Shown here one piece after another: positions 1 to 7,770 of a stretch of DNA of 37,130 bases. Every line of letters begins with the position of its first letter. The first letter of the stretch is position 1. This DNA is from Candidatus Sericytochromatia bacterium (GTDB lineage Bacteria; Cyanobacteriota; Sericytochromatia; UBA7694), in contig CAXRDE010000005.1 of NCBI GenBank assembly GCA_964229355.1, positions 1 through 37,130 on the forward strand, given 5' to 3'. A program made the position numbers and the translations under genes. The notes beneath the pieces were generated by a model. That model was not told where the DNA came from and did no database searches. It saw only the letters and a program-made list of their open reading frames with translations.

Positions 1-157
1 GGAGAGTCTTACCGGCTAAAAAGCCGCAGAGAAGCGGGTTTACTACCCCAGAATTAAACTAAAAAGGAGAATGCGATTCTTGTTACCGAAAGTGTCTAAA
101 AAACTTTGCCGATTCTGCCTAACTCTTCATTGGCATTGACAATGGACAGGAACTGTG

Positions 158-415
158 ATGGAAAACCTATACGGCAATGATACGATTTGGGGAGTAAACG
201 GATTATCGACAGGGAATACGCTTGTTTTTAGAACCGAAAATGATAATGCTACTACAGGCTATACCTACGGTAGAAGTTATCTGAGAAGACAGTCGAACAA
301 TGTACTTGTAGACTACACTAATTTTGGTGGTGTCTTTGGGGCCACCTGGGCAGAAAGCAATAGTACAAAGCCTCTTGGTTGGTATGCAACGACTTTCTCT
401 GTTAACTTCAATTAA
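158..415 (+). CDS. small hypothetical protein (~85 aa), Gly/Asn/Thr/Trp/Tyr-rich, no signal peptide
   Basis: ORF track 155..415 (GTG); in-frame ATG at 158 preceded by a GGACAGGAA purine-rich stretch. The gene is AT-rich and is followed directly by a strong intrinsic terminator. I recognise no homolog. Confidence 0.4.
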   Translation: MENLYGNDTIWGVNGLSTGNTLVFRTENDNATTGYTYGRSYLRRQSNNVLVDYTNFGGVFGATWAESNSTKPLGWYATTFSVNFN

Positions 416-424
416 TAAATTTAT

Positions 425-469
425 CAAGTAGGCACTTATTCTTAGTGCCTACTTGATTCTATCTTTTTT
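425..469 (+). terminator. rho-independent terminator
   Basis: Perfect 12-bp inverted repeat CAAGTAGGCACT / AGTGCCTACTTG (425-436 and 444-455) with a 7-nt loop, followed by ATTCTATCTTTTTT, immediately 3' of the 158..415 ORF stop. Confidence 0.75.
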
Positions 470-481
470 AGAAAGCGCTTT

Positions 482-1855
482 ATGCAACATAAGTTCATTA
501 TTCACACTTGTTTCCTTTCTTTTTTTGCTGCTTGCTCTGTATCCAATCCACCGAGTTCAAGTGAGCCTGTGCCGGAGTCCTCCCCTTCGAGCAGTGTCTC
601 GGCGAGCCCTGTCAGCCCTCTTGCAAGTCCGTCACCTGAAAACACATCTTCGCCTACTGCCACAGAAGTTTCGCCAAATCCTGTTCAATTACACTATCTT
701 TCTGAGGGTAATTTAGCCACCCGACTCTTTGCCATAGATTCAGAAACAGGACAGTATCTGGCATGGCAAACGGAACGGGGAGAAACCAAGATCTTTGATG
801 GCAATACCACACAAATTTTAGTGCCCAGCATCAAATATAACGTGATCAATCCAATGTTGGGTTATATCAATGCGGAGCAAAAGGGAGTGTTTTTTATTCG
901 ATCAGAAACGTCACCAGATAACCCTGATCATGAGAATCAAGGGAATTCACAATCCCTTACTCTACAAAACAACCACTCCTTTAACCTGCAAACATTTGCA
1001 AAACGACAAATTCGCGCACTGGGTCTAAGTCCTGAAGGCAATGGTTACGCTTTATTAAGTAATGAGTATAGACCGCCCGTTAATCGAGAAAATACAGAAC
1101 TGCCTCATGTCGCCGTGTACACCGCCAAAGTTACTAACTTCACAGTGGAAGAACCTAAGTTATTGTTCGAAACGGAAATTAGCAATGTATCAGGTAAAGA
1201 CATCGTGTTTCATGCCAGTATCGATCCCGATGGTTCAGGCTTTGTTTTATTACCGAGTTTCAACCCTTCTGGAACCGTCTTACAAAAGTTTAATCAACAG
1301 CAACAACATTTTGAGCCCCAATTGATACCAAATACTTCTAACTCGGACTATTTTCTCTCTAACCCAGCCAGAAACACACCACATTTTTTGACAAAAGTTG
1401 AAGTCGAAGTTAAAGATAGATACACTAAAATCAGCAAGCTAGCGATTTATGGACTTGCGGATCACCAACTCACAGGACAAACTTATCGCTTTCCAGCACC
1501 TGTGATATGGGGAAGTGATTTACGTCAAAAACACTCACTGATTCCATATGACTTAAAGCTTGATCCGCAGGGCAATGGCCTATTCGTGAGCGTGGACAAA
1601 AGCGACGAAAGCCGCCAGGACATTATTCTGTTGCAACGGTTTAAAAACTTCACCCAGCAAGATGCTCAGCGCTTTGTCTATCCCGGTGAAACGGCGGTAA
1701 TAGATCTCAAACTGATGGTAGATGAGCAGGGGACGGGCAAGTTGATCATCCTTGAAGAAGCATGTGTTCAAGATAACCGTTGCAGCAACTTCTTCCCTGA
1801 AAATGGAGACATGCAATTGAGCTATTTAAACCTACAAGGGTTTTTATTAAAATAA
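482..1855 (+). CDS. putative lipoprotein with Ser/Pro-rich linker (hypothetical)
   Basis: N-terminal signal peptide ending in the lipobox-like FFAAC. This is followed by a low-complexity SSSEPVPESSPSSSVSASPVSPLASPSP linker and a ~400-aa globular region with no motif I recognise. Confidence 0.6.
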   Translation: MQHKFIIHTCFLSFFAACSVSNPPSSSEPVPESSPSSSVSASPVSPLASPSPENTSSPTATEVSPNPVQLHYLSEGNLATRLFAIDSETGQYLAWQTERGETKIFDGNTTQILVPSIKYNVINPMLGYINAEQKGVFFIRSETSPDNPDHENQGNSQSLTLQNNHSFNLQTFAKRQIRALGLSPEGNGYALLSNEYRPPVNRENTELPHVAVYTAKVTNFTVEEPKLLFETEISNVSGKDIVFHASIDPDGSGFVLLPSFNPSGTVLQKFNQQQQHFEPQLIPNTSNSDYFLSNPARNTPHFLTKVEVEVKDRYTKISKLAIYGLADHQLTGQTYRFPAPVIWGSDLRQKHSLIPYDLKLDPQGNGLFVSVDKSDESRQDIILLQRFKNFTQQDAQRFVYPGETAVIDLKLMVDEQGTGKLIILEEACVQDNRCSNFFPENGDMQLSYLNLQGFLLK

Positions 1856-1879
1856 TCCAATTTTCAAACTTTAGGCACA

Positions 1880-2200
1880 CCAACTATGCAGATCGCCGCA
1901 GCATCGCTACGCTCGCAAGTCAGCTTCGGCGTTCCGCATACATCGTGTTAAAGGCCAACTAAATGCTCATGTTTGAGGACGAAAGGGCTGCAGCAATCAC
2001 ACAACCAGGAAAGGCGCAAGATCTTGACATTTTCCACGTTGAACACTCCCCGACCTAATCAATGCTGTCCTTATTCGTACGGCTCACAAGTTCGCCTACG
2101 ACTAAGGCAAGGTCGGAGATTCTAAGACTACGCATGTGGCAACCCACTACGTTAACGCCTTAAGGGTCTGACCGGCCCCACGTTTTCGTATATTTTCCGC
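1880..2200 (-). ncRNA. predicted TnpB-associated omega-RNA (reRNA) region overlapping the tnpB 3' end / right end
   Basis: Established architecture of IS200/IS605 places the omegaRNA across the 3' end of tnpB and the right end. The 290-nt non-coding stretch 3' of tnpB (minus strand) contains CCGACC...GGTCGG and other short stem candidates. Boundaries are a guess. Confidence 0.3.
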
Positions 2201-3313
2201 TGCATTCAGGTCACGGTCAAGCTCCAGACCACAGTGTGTGCAGCGATGCACCCTGACAGCCAACGATTTTGGAACCTTTTCACCACAACCTGAACAGTTT
2301 TGGCTGGTGCCCTTTGGGTCTACGCGATACACCTTCCTACCGGCTCCTTCCGCCTTGTAGGTCAGCATGTCGAAAAAGGTGCTCCAACCAGCATCAGCAA
2401 TAGATTTGCTGAGATGCTTGTTCTTGACCATATTGGTCACTTGCAAGTCTTCGATGTAGATATTCTGGTAACGATTCACATAGTGAAATGAGGCTTTGTG
2501 CAAGAAATCCTGCCGCAGGTTGAAGATTTTGCGGTGGGTTTTCTTCAGTTGTTTGACTGCTTTTTTTCTGCGATTTGAACCCTTCTTACGGCGCGACACT
2601 TGGCGCTGTTGCTTTCTGAGATTGTCCTGTAGCTTACGGTAATACTTGGGGTTCTCAATGGGTGTGGTATTCGGGTCTGTGTCCACACAAAAATGCTTCA
2701 GCCCTACGTCAATGCCCACAGAATCTTGCACGGGCCTATCGTATTCCTTGGCAGGCACCTGGTCACAGGTCAAGCAGACCCACCAGCCCCCCAAACCATC
2801 ACGGGTGACGGTAACCGTCTTAATGCGGCCTTCGATGGGACGAGACAAATGCAGCTTAAAAATGCCCACGTTCGTGATTTTCAGATGGCGTCCGTCCAGC
2901 TTCCAGCCTGCCGTTTTGAGGGTAAACGAATCGTAACGGTGAATGGAGCGAAAACGCGGAAAGCCTGCTTTGCCTTGCTTCTTACGCAAACGAGAAAAGA
3001 AACTCTGAAAGGCCCGCTCAACACGCTCAACCACTTCTTGCAGTACCTGAGAGCCCACCTGAGCAAACTCAGGAAAAGCCTTTTTGAACCCAGGTAGTTC
3101 ATTCTTTTGAGCAATCCCATTGAGGGTTATACCACAGCGCTTGTAAGCCACAATACGCTGTTCCAGGCAGATATTGTAGAGCTGTTGGCACAAAGACAGC
3201 CAGTTTTCGGCTTTGGCAGCCGTGGTTTTGCTGACCACTGCTTTGAACTTGTATGTTCTGATGCGTGATGTCTCTTTCTTGGCTTTCGTTTTGCTCATCG
3301 TGTGCCGTGCCAT
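2147..3313 (-). CDS. tnpB: IS605-family TnpB (OrfB) RNA-guided endonuclease
   Basis: 388-aa ORF with a RuvC-I GIDVG motif. It also has a C-terminal zinc finger CSGCG...CTHCG followed by the RuvC-III DRDLNAAENI motif typical of TnpB/Cas12 ancestors. An alternative start at MSKTK (3298) directly abuts the tnpA stop. Confidence 0.85.
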   Translation of the reverse strand: MARHTMSKTKAKKETSRIRTYKFKAVVSKTTAAKAENWLSLCQQLYNICLEQRIVAYKRCGITLNGIAQKNELPGFKKAFPEFAQVGSQVLQEVVERVERAFQSFFSRLRKKQGKAGFPRFRSIHRYDSFTLKTAGWKLDGRHLKITNVGIFKLHLSRPIEGRIKTVTVTRDGLGGWWVCLTCDQVPAKEYDRPVQDSVGIDVGLKHFCVDTDPNTTPIENPKYYRKLQDNLRKQQRQVSRRKKGSNRRKKAVKQLKKTHRKIFNLRQDFLHKASFHYVNRYQNIYIEDLQVTNMVKNKHLSKSIADAGWSTFFDMLTYKAEGAGRKVYRVDPKGTSQNCSGCGEKVPKSLAVRVHRCTHCGLELDRDLNAAENIRKRGAGQTLKALT

Positions 3314-3708
3314 TCTATGTATCTGCGAACGGTTTCTGAACTGACGTTACCAGCGGTGCTGACAAAGTAAGAGTTCGTCCAGAGTGAGCGATTTTTGCCT
3401 CTGGGATAGACGGTTTTGAGTCTGGGAAACTCTGCCCGAAGCATACGCGAAGTGTAGCCTTTGAGTAAAAAGGCAATGTCACGAGGCGCAAACTTGGGCA
3501 GAGCGTTAACAAAGAGGTGCACATGGTCTGATTGTATCTCAAGCGCAATGATTTCTAAACTCAGGTCTTTGCATTTTTCATGCAAAAAGGCATCCTGTCT
3601 TTCAGCAATTTGCCCAACGAGGCTCTTTTTCCTGCGTTTGGGAATCCACACGAAGTGGAAGTTAATCAGGCTGACAGAGTGATTCAGGCGCTTGTAATCT
3701 TGACCCAT
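3295..3708 (-). CDS. tnpA: IS200-like TnpA, Y1 (HuH) single-strand transposase
   Basis: 137 aa; the HuH motif SDHVHLFV and the C-terminal catalytic Tyr context ETVRRYIEWH match IS200/IS605 TnpA. Confidence 0.85.
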   Translation of the reverse strand: MGQDYKRLNHSVSLINFHFVWIPKRRKKSLVGQIAERQDAFLHEKCKDLSLEIIALEIQSDHVHLFVNALPKFAPRDIAFLLKGYTSRMLRAEFPRLKTVYPRGKNRSLWTNSYFVSTAGNVSSETVRRYIEWHGTR

Positions 3709-3715
3709 ATGCTTA

Positions 3716-3907
3716 GCTCCAGCGTTCCATTTCTTTAACCAGTCTCAGGGCCATCTGAAAGCCTTCACGGAAGCCTTTTTCTTCGGCCACAAACAAAGGG
3801 CCTGTGGCTGCATCGTTCAGATTGCGAATGATTTGGCTGGTAGTTTCCACTTGTTCTGCTGGCAGCAAAGATTGCAGGTGGGCACATATACGGTCAATTT
3901 CCTTGCT
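3716..3907 (-). pseudogene. start-less 64-codon ORF fragment ending 8 nt before tnpA (possible gene remnant or left-end passenger)
   Basis: Open frame SKEIDRICAHLQSLLPAEQ...GFQMALRLVKEMERWS* bounded upstream by an in-frame TAG and containing no ATG/GTG/TTG start before its last 13 codons. It is not in the ORF track for that reason. Confidence 0.25.
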
Positions 3908-4184
3908 CTAGCCTGTCAAACTTTAGCAACAAATTAACTAGAGAATCTCTTCGCTACAACGAAGCCCAAGAAATAGCCGAAGCTTTGGGTTATGAGATTG
4001 TTTGGAAGAAGAAAGAAAGTTAAAGGCTACTTTGCAAATGATGCCCGTCTGTAAAGGATTGACTACTGACGACCAAGCTTCGCTTGGTGGAGCTTATATC
4101 CCTAACCTGAAGGACGGGGTTTTACGCTCCGTGCTATAATAAACCTCAGTGCTTATCTTTTTATTCAGTTATTCAGGGGATTTT

Positions 4185-5024
4185 ATGAGCCAACCCATTT
4201 CATCTGGTCACCCGTTGCGTCCACCGCAGCAATTGTTTGGGGCCGTCAAACAGTATCAACCTGTGCAAAACGCCACGGTAAACGCTGCCGCACAGACACC
4301 GGTCGGCCAGCCAACACCCCAGGTTCAACCCGCAGCAGATCGCCTGGCTTCTTCTTCCCCTACAGCCAGTGCCAGCACCAGCCTGCAATTTGTAGACACC
4401 CCCCGCCTCGGCCCCGATGACCGGGTCTTACACATTGGCGATTCCCATACCGTGGGTATTTACGGCCAGGAAATGGACAAACACTTGCGCAGCACAGGCG
4501 CTAAAGTGGCCACCTACGGCTCTGCGGGCTCTTCACCCAAATGGTGGATTACCGGACAAACCACCCGCTCCGGCTTTTTTAGCCGTGATGCGGAAGAAAA
4601 AACCACCCAGCCCGCCAAATGGAACGATCCCCATCCTACCCCCAAACTCAAAAATTTGCTGGAGCAGTTTCGCCCCAATGTGGTGGTGTTCTCGCTCGGC
4701 GCCAACCTGATCAACGCCAACCCGGCCACCATTGAGTCCCAAATGCGCGAAATCGCCGATATGGCCAAATCCTATGGCACTGAAATTATTTGGGTGGGGC
4801 CACCCGATGGACGCGAGAGCAAAAAGCCCACCTCCAAGCAAAACGAGCTCTACCAGACCTTAGAACGGGTGGCCAAAGAGTATGGTGATTTTATTGACTC
4901 ACGCCCCCTGACTGAGTACCCTGCTACCGGTGGTGATGGGGTACATTACTGGGGCAAGGAAGGCACGCGTATTGCGAAATCCTGGGCCGAAGATGTGTTT
5001 CAGCAAATTCAGGGTCTTAAGTAG
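4185..5024 (+). CDS. SGNH/GDSL-family hydrolase with Pro/Gln/Ala-rich N-terminal low-complexity region
   Basis: SGNH blocks are present: LHIGDSHTVG (block I), YGSAGSS (block II), SLGANLIN (block III) and DGVHYW (block V DxxH). The ATG at 4185 has AGGGGA 5 nt upstream and is preferred over the 4149 start. Confidence 0.7.
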   Translation: MSQPISSGHPLRPPQQLFGAVKQYQPVQNATVNAAAQTPVGQPTPQVQPAADRLASSSPTASASTSLQFVDTPRLGPDDRVLHIGDSHTVGIYGQEMDKHLRSTGAKVATYGSAGSSPKWWITGQTTRSGFFSRDAEEKTTQPAKWNDPHPTPKLKNLLEQFRPNVVVFSLGANLINANPATIESQMREIADMAKSYGTEIIWVGPPDGRESKKPTSKQNELYQTLERVAKEYGDFIDSRPLTEYPATGGDGVHYWGKEGTRIAKSWAEDVFQQIQGLK

Positions 5025-5836
5025 CTCTGCCCCGATTTTAAAATCTGCAGGCCCGCTGCGGTGCGAAACAGCGTGGGCACGGTGGTGCGTTCTTCGCCAC
5101 TGAGCACACGGTGCACCTGAAAATGCAGGTGCGGGCCACCACTATAGCCTGTAGAACCTGAATAGCCTAAAATCTGGCCCACAGCGACCTTTTGTCCAGG
5201 CTGAACCAGCACGCCGCGGTACTTTAAATGGCCATAGAGAGCAATCGAGCCGTCATTGTGCATAATTTCTACGCGATTGTCTTTGCCTTTAAAGCGGTCT
5301 TCAATGCCGCCCTCAGAAAAACGCTCTTCAGTCCAAATCACCTGCCCGGCACGGGCCGCGTGTACGGGCGTTCCCTCAGGCAGTGAAAAATCCAGGGCAA
5401 AGCGTCCCGGACCCTGATGGGTAAAGTCTCCGTTATAAGCCTGCCCCATACGGTAATTTGCCCCCGAAGCATAGGGCAGCTCGTAAATATGCTTGCGTTC
5501 AACCACAGCCCGAAAGTCTCCCCGCTGATACCGATAACGGTAGCGAAAATGCCAGGGATGTAAAGGTTCTTTTTTGGCCAGGCTCAAGACCTGCCGTGAA
5601 AAAGGCGGTAAGACCAGGGTACAGGGGTTGTCACAGTCTATGCGCACGTTCTCAAAGGGCACAAAGTGCAAGGTCACCGTGTAGGGGGCAGGTTCTGGAT
5701 TCACCAATACCAGCTGGTAAGCCGCTTTGAGATAGGTAATGGTGAACTGAGGGCGTTTTTTTTCGGGGGCGGCCCCACTGCAGAAAAGCAGGACACACAC
5801 CCATCCAATGAGAAAAAAGCCGCGCAAAGCTAACAC
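5009..5836 (-). CDS. M23 (LytM-type) metallopeptidase, secreted
   Basis: Motifs FTHQGPGRFALDF (HxxxD) and GPHLHFQVH (HxH). The N-terminal hydrophobic signal is MLALRGFFLIGWVCVLLFCSG when started at GTG 5836. This start lies 3 nt after the upstream ADP-ribosylglycohydrolase stop, whereas the 5917 start would overlap that gene by 78 nt. Confidence 0.75.
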   Translation of the reverse strand: MLALRGFFLIGWVCVLLFCSGAAPEKKRPQFTITYLKAAYQLVLVNPEPAPYTVTLHFVPFENVRIDCDNPCTLVLPPFSRQVLSLAKKEPLHPWHFRYRYRYQRGDFRAVVERKHIYELPYASGANYRMGQAYNGDFTHQGPGRFALDFSLPEGTPVHAARAGQVIWTEERFSEGGIEDRFKGKDNRVEIMHNDGSIALYGHLKYRGVLVQPGQKVAVGQILGYSGSTGYSGGPHLHFQVHRVLSGEERTTVPTLFRTAAGLQILKSGQSYLRP

Positions 5837-5838
5837 AA

Positions 5839-6789
5839 CTAACGCCGCAGGAGCCACGCCACAAAACGTTCGTAAGGGGGTGTGAGTATCTCTTGCCCCC
5901 GCAGCATATTCAGCCACTGGGGGGGAATCCCCTCAACACCGTAGATATAGCCTGCAAGTCCGCCCGTCACACAGGCGGTGGTATCAGTATCTTCTCCCAG
6001 ATTCACGGCCTTGAGCACCGCCTCACGGTACGAGCTGCTGGTCAACACACACCAATACGCCGCCTCAAGGGTGTCCAATACATGACCCCTGCCGGAAATT
6101 TTCTCTGCAGGGGTATCGGCAAAGGTGCCCGCCAAAATGCGGCCATAAAACGGCAACTGGGGCTCAGCACAGTCCTCAGTGGCCCGCTGCAAGGCCACTG
6201 AAAAGTCTGAGTCCAGGTAGCTGAAGCACTGCACATAATGCTGACAGGCCGCAATGACCTGTGGGTGAGCGTGAGTCACCGCAGACACTTGCGCCACAAG
6301 CTCAGGATCACTGCCCCAGGCCTTTTGCCAGAGCGCCACCGGCAACATGCGCATTAAAGACCCATTGCCCTGGCTTTGTTCGTGGGTTAACCCTTTCAGC
6401 GCCAGGGGTTGGTTCCAAAAGAACTCTGAAATCACGTACTGCCGTAAGGCCTCTGCCGTGGTGTTGCCAATGTCAAAAACCTGCTGATCGACGGTGTACT
6501 TTGCCTCTTGCTGCCACTGCAGAAAATGCACGATCAAATGCTTTAAAAAGGCCTCTTCTTCGCCAGCCACAGGGGGCTGCTGAAAAAAGGTTTCCAGGGT
6601 GGCCAGGGTCATGGAGGTATCGTCGGACCAGGTGCCCGGAGGCTGCTCGTGGGTGCCATACCCATTCATGGTGGTCACGGGCTGCACATCAAACACCTGA
6701 CGGTCGGTAAACTCATGGGGAACGCCCAGGGCATCAGCCACTGCAGCGCCCCATAAAGCGCCCAACATTTGCTCTCGGTTTCCAGACAT
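5839..6789 (-). CDS. ADP-ribosylglycohydrolase family protein (DraG/ARH-like)
   Basis: N-terminal MLGALWGAAVADALGVPHEF matches the ARH family signature, and the C-terminal region has the conserved GEDTDTTACVTGGLAG-type di-metal motif. SD GGAAGAGGAG lies 7 nt upstream of the ATG. Confidence 0.8.
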   Translation of the reverse strand: MSGNREQMLGALWGAAVADALGVPHEFTDRQVFDVQPVTTMNGYGTHEQPPGTWSDDTSMTLATLETFFQQPPVAGEEEAFLKHLIVHFLQWQQEAKYTVDQQVFDIGNTTAEALRQYVISEFFWNQPLALKGLTHEQSQGNGSLMRMLPVALWQKAWGSDPELVAQVSAVTHAHPQVIAACQHYVQCFSYLDSDFSVALQRATEDCAEPQLPFYGRILAGTFADTPAEKISGRGHVLDTLEAAYWCVLTSSSYREAVLKAVNLGEDTDTTACVTGGLAGYIYGVEGIPPQWLNMLRGQEILTPPYERFVAWLLRR

Positions 6790-6826
6790 ATCACAACTCC
6801 TCTTCCTTCCGGGGTTACCGGAAAAA

Positions 6827-6855
6827 TTGGCAGCTCGGAAGGGCTAGCGTATAAT
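6827..6855 (+). promoter_or_regulatory. sigma70-type promoter (TTGGCA-17nt-TATAAT) for the 6895 gene
   Basis: -35 TTGGCA at 6827-6832, a 17-nt spacer, -10 TATAAT at 6850-6855, then SD CAGGAG at 6884-6889 before ATG 6895. Read directly from the sequence. Confidence 0.55.
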
Positions 6856-6894
6856 TAGAGCACGAACCCTCAAACACCTTCATCAGGAGCCATC

Positions 6895-7764
6895 ATGAAC
6901 ATGCGTTTTGCCACTCTTGCCTTATCTGCACTTCTCTTGCTTAGCTTTCAGCACTCCACTTTCGCAGCGGAATCCTTATCCTCTCATTATACACCAGCCC
7001 CCCAGAGCAATACGGCAGAGGTTTTTACCCTGGCACAAGCCACACAGTCCAGGAGCATTGCAGTGGTCGATTTCAATAATGATACGGGCAAAAGCGAGCA
7101 TGATCATCTCAAGCGGGGCATTTCTGAATCATTAATGACCAAACTGGCTCGGCGTCCTGAATTAACCCTGGTAGAGCGGGGCCAATTGTCCAAAGCGATT
7201 CAAGAATTAGGCTTTAGTCAATCGGTATACGCCAGTGGTACCGAAGCCAAAGCCATTGGTAAAATGGCGGGGGCGAGCTATCTGGTCACCGGCAACGTGG
7301 TCAAAGCGGGCGACCGCTTTGAAATCAATGTACGCATGCTCGATGTAGAAACGGCTCAGGTGTTGGTCAGCGAAAGTTACCGTTTTCAGAACGAAAACGA
7401 CATTCTGCTGGTGGTGGACTACCTCTCGCTCTTGATTCCCCGCAAGCTCGGGCTTTATGTCAGCGAGCGCGAAATGGACATGGCCAAAAGTCAGCTGCGC
7501 ACCAGCCACACGGTAGCCGACGCCGGTCAGGCCCAGGCCCCCGATAATAGCTGGATTTGGTGGGCCACCGGCGGCGTGGTACTGGCCGCTGCCATTGTAG
7601 GCATTGCCATTGTGGCCTCTCGCCCACAAAATATCAACCAACGGGTGGTCATTGGGGATGACAGCCGTCTGGCAGACCGTATCAACAATCGCACAGGTAA
7701 TAACAACGCCACCACGCCAGCAGAGGCGGGACCCGCCTGGAATATTCCTTTGCTGCGTTTTTAA
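6895..7764 (+). CDS. secreted protein with CsgG/LpoB-like domain and C-terminal TM anchor (hypothetical)
   Basis: The signal peptide is MNMRFATLALSALLLLSFQHSTFA. The block IAVVDFNNDTG...ELTLVERGQL...YLVTGNV...FEINVRMLDVET resembles the CsgG/LPP20-type fold. A single C-terminal TM segment WIWWATGGVVLAAAIVGIAIVA is present. The family assignment is from memory only. Confidence 0.45.
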   Translation: MNMRFATLALSALLLLSFQHSTFAAESLSSHYTPAPQSNTAEVFTLAQATQSRSIAVVDFNNDTGKSEHDHLKRGISESLMTKLARRPELTLVERGQLSKAIQELGFSQSVYASGTEAKAIGKMAGASYLVTGNVVKAGDRFEINVRMLDVETAQVLVSESYRFQNENDILLVVDYLSLLIPRKLGLYVSEREMDMAKSQLRTSHTVADAGQAQAPDNSWIWWATGGVVLAAAIVGIAIVASRPQNINQRVVIGDDSRLADRINNRTGNNNATTPAEAGPAWNIPLLRF

Positions 7765-7770
7765 CCGCCT

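Larger units (their letters stand above)
1860..3907 (-). mobile_element. IS200/IS605-family insertion sequence (tnpA-tnpB), ends approximate
   Basis: Adjacent co-oriented tnpA (Y1 HuH transposase) and tnpB genes with an 19-nt overlap or direct abutment. Non-coding subterminal regions lie on both sides (1856-2146 and 3709-3907). Exact LE/RE cannot be set from a single copy. Confidence 0.55.

Noticed and set aside
453-716. 87-aa ORF overlapping the start of the lipoprotein gene
   Set aside because: It is an alternative frame of the same region. The 482 frame yields a canonical signal peptide and lipobox and continues for 457 aa.
1856-2146. Possible tRNA gene in the 290-bp gap 3' of tnpB
   Set aside because: No T-loop GTTCRANYC-like box or cloverleaf-compatible pairing was found. 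The region is better explained as the IS right end and omega-RNA scaffold.
5837-5917. Longer start (5917) for the M23 peptidase
   Set aside because: It would overlap the ADP-ribosylglycohydrolase by 78 nt. GTG at 5836 places the start 2 nt after that gene's stop and begins directly with the hydrophobic signal sequence.
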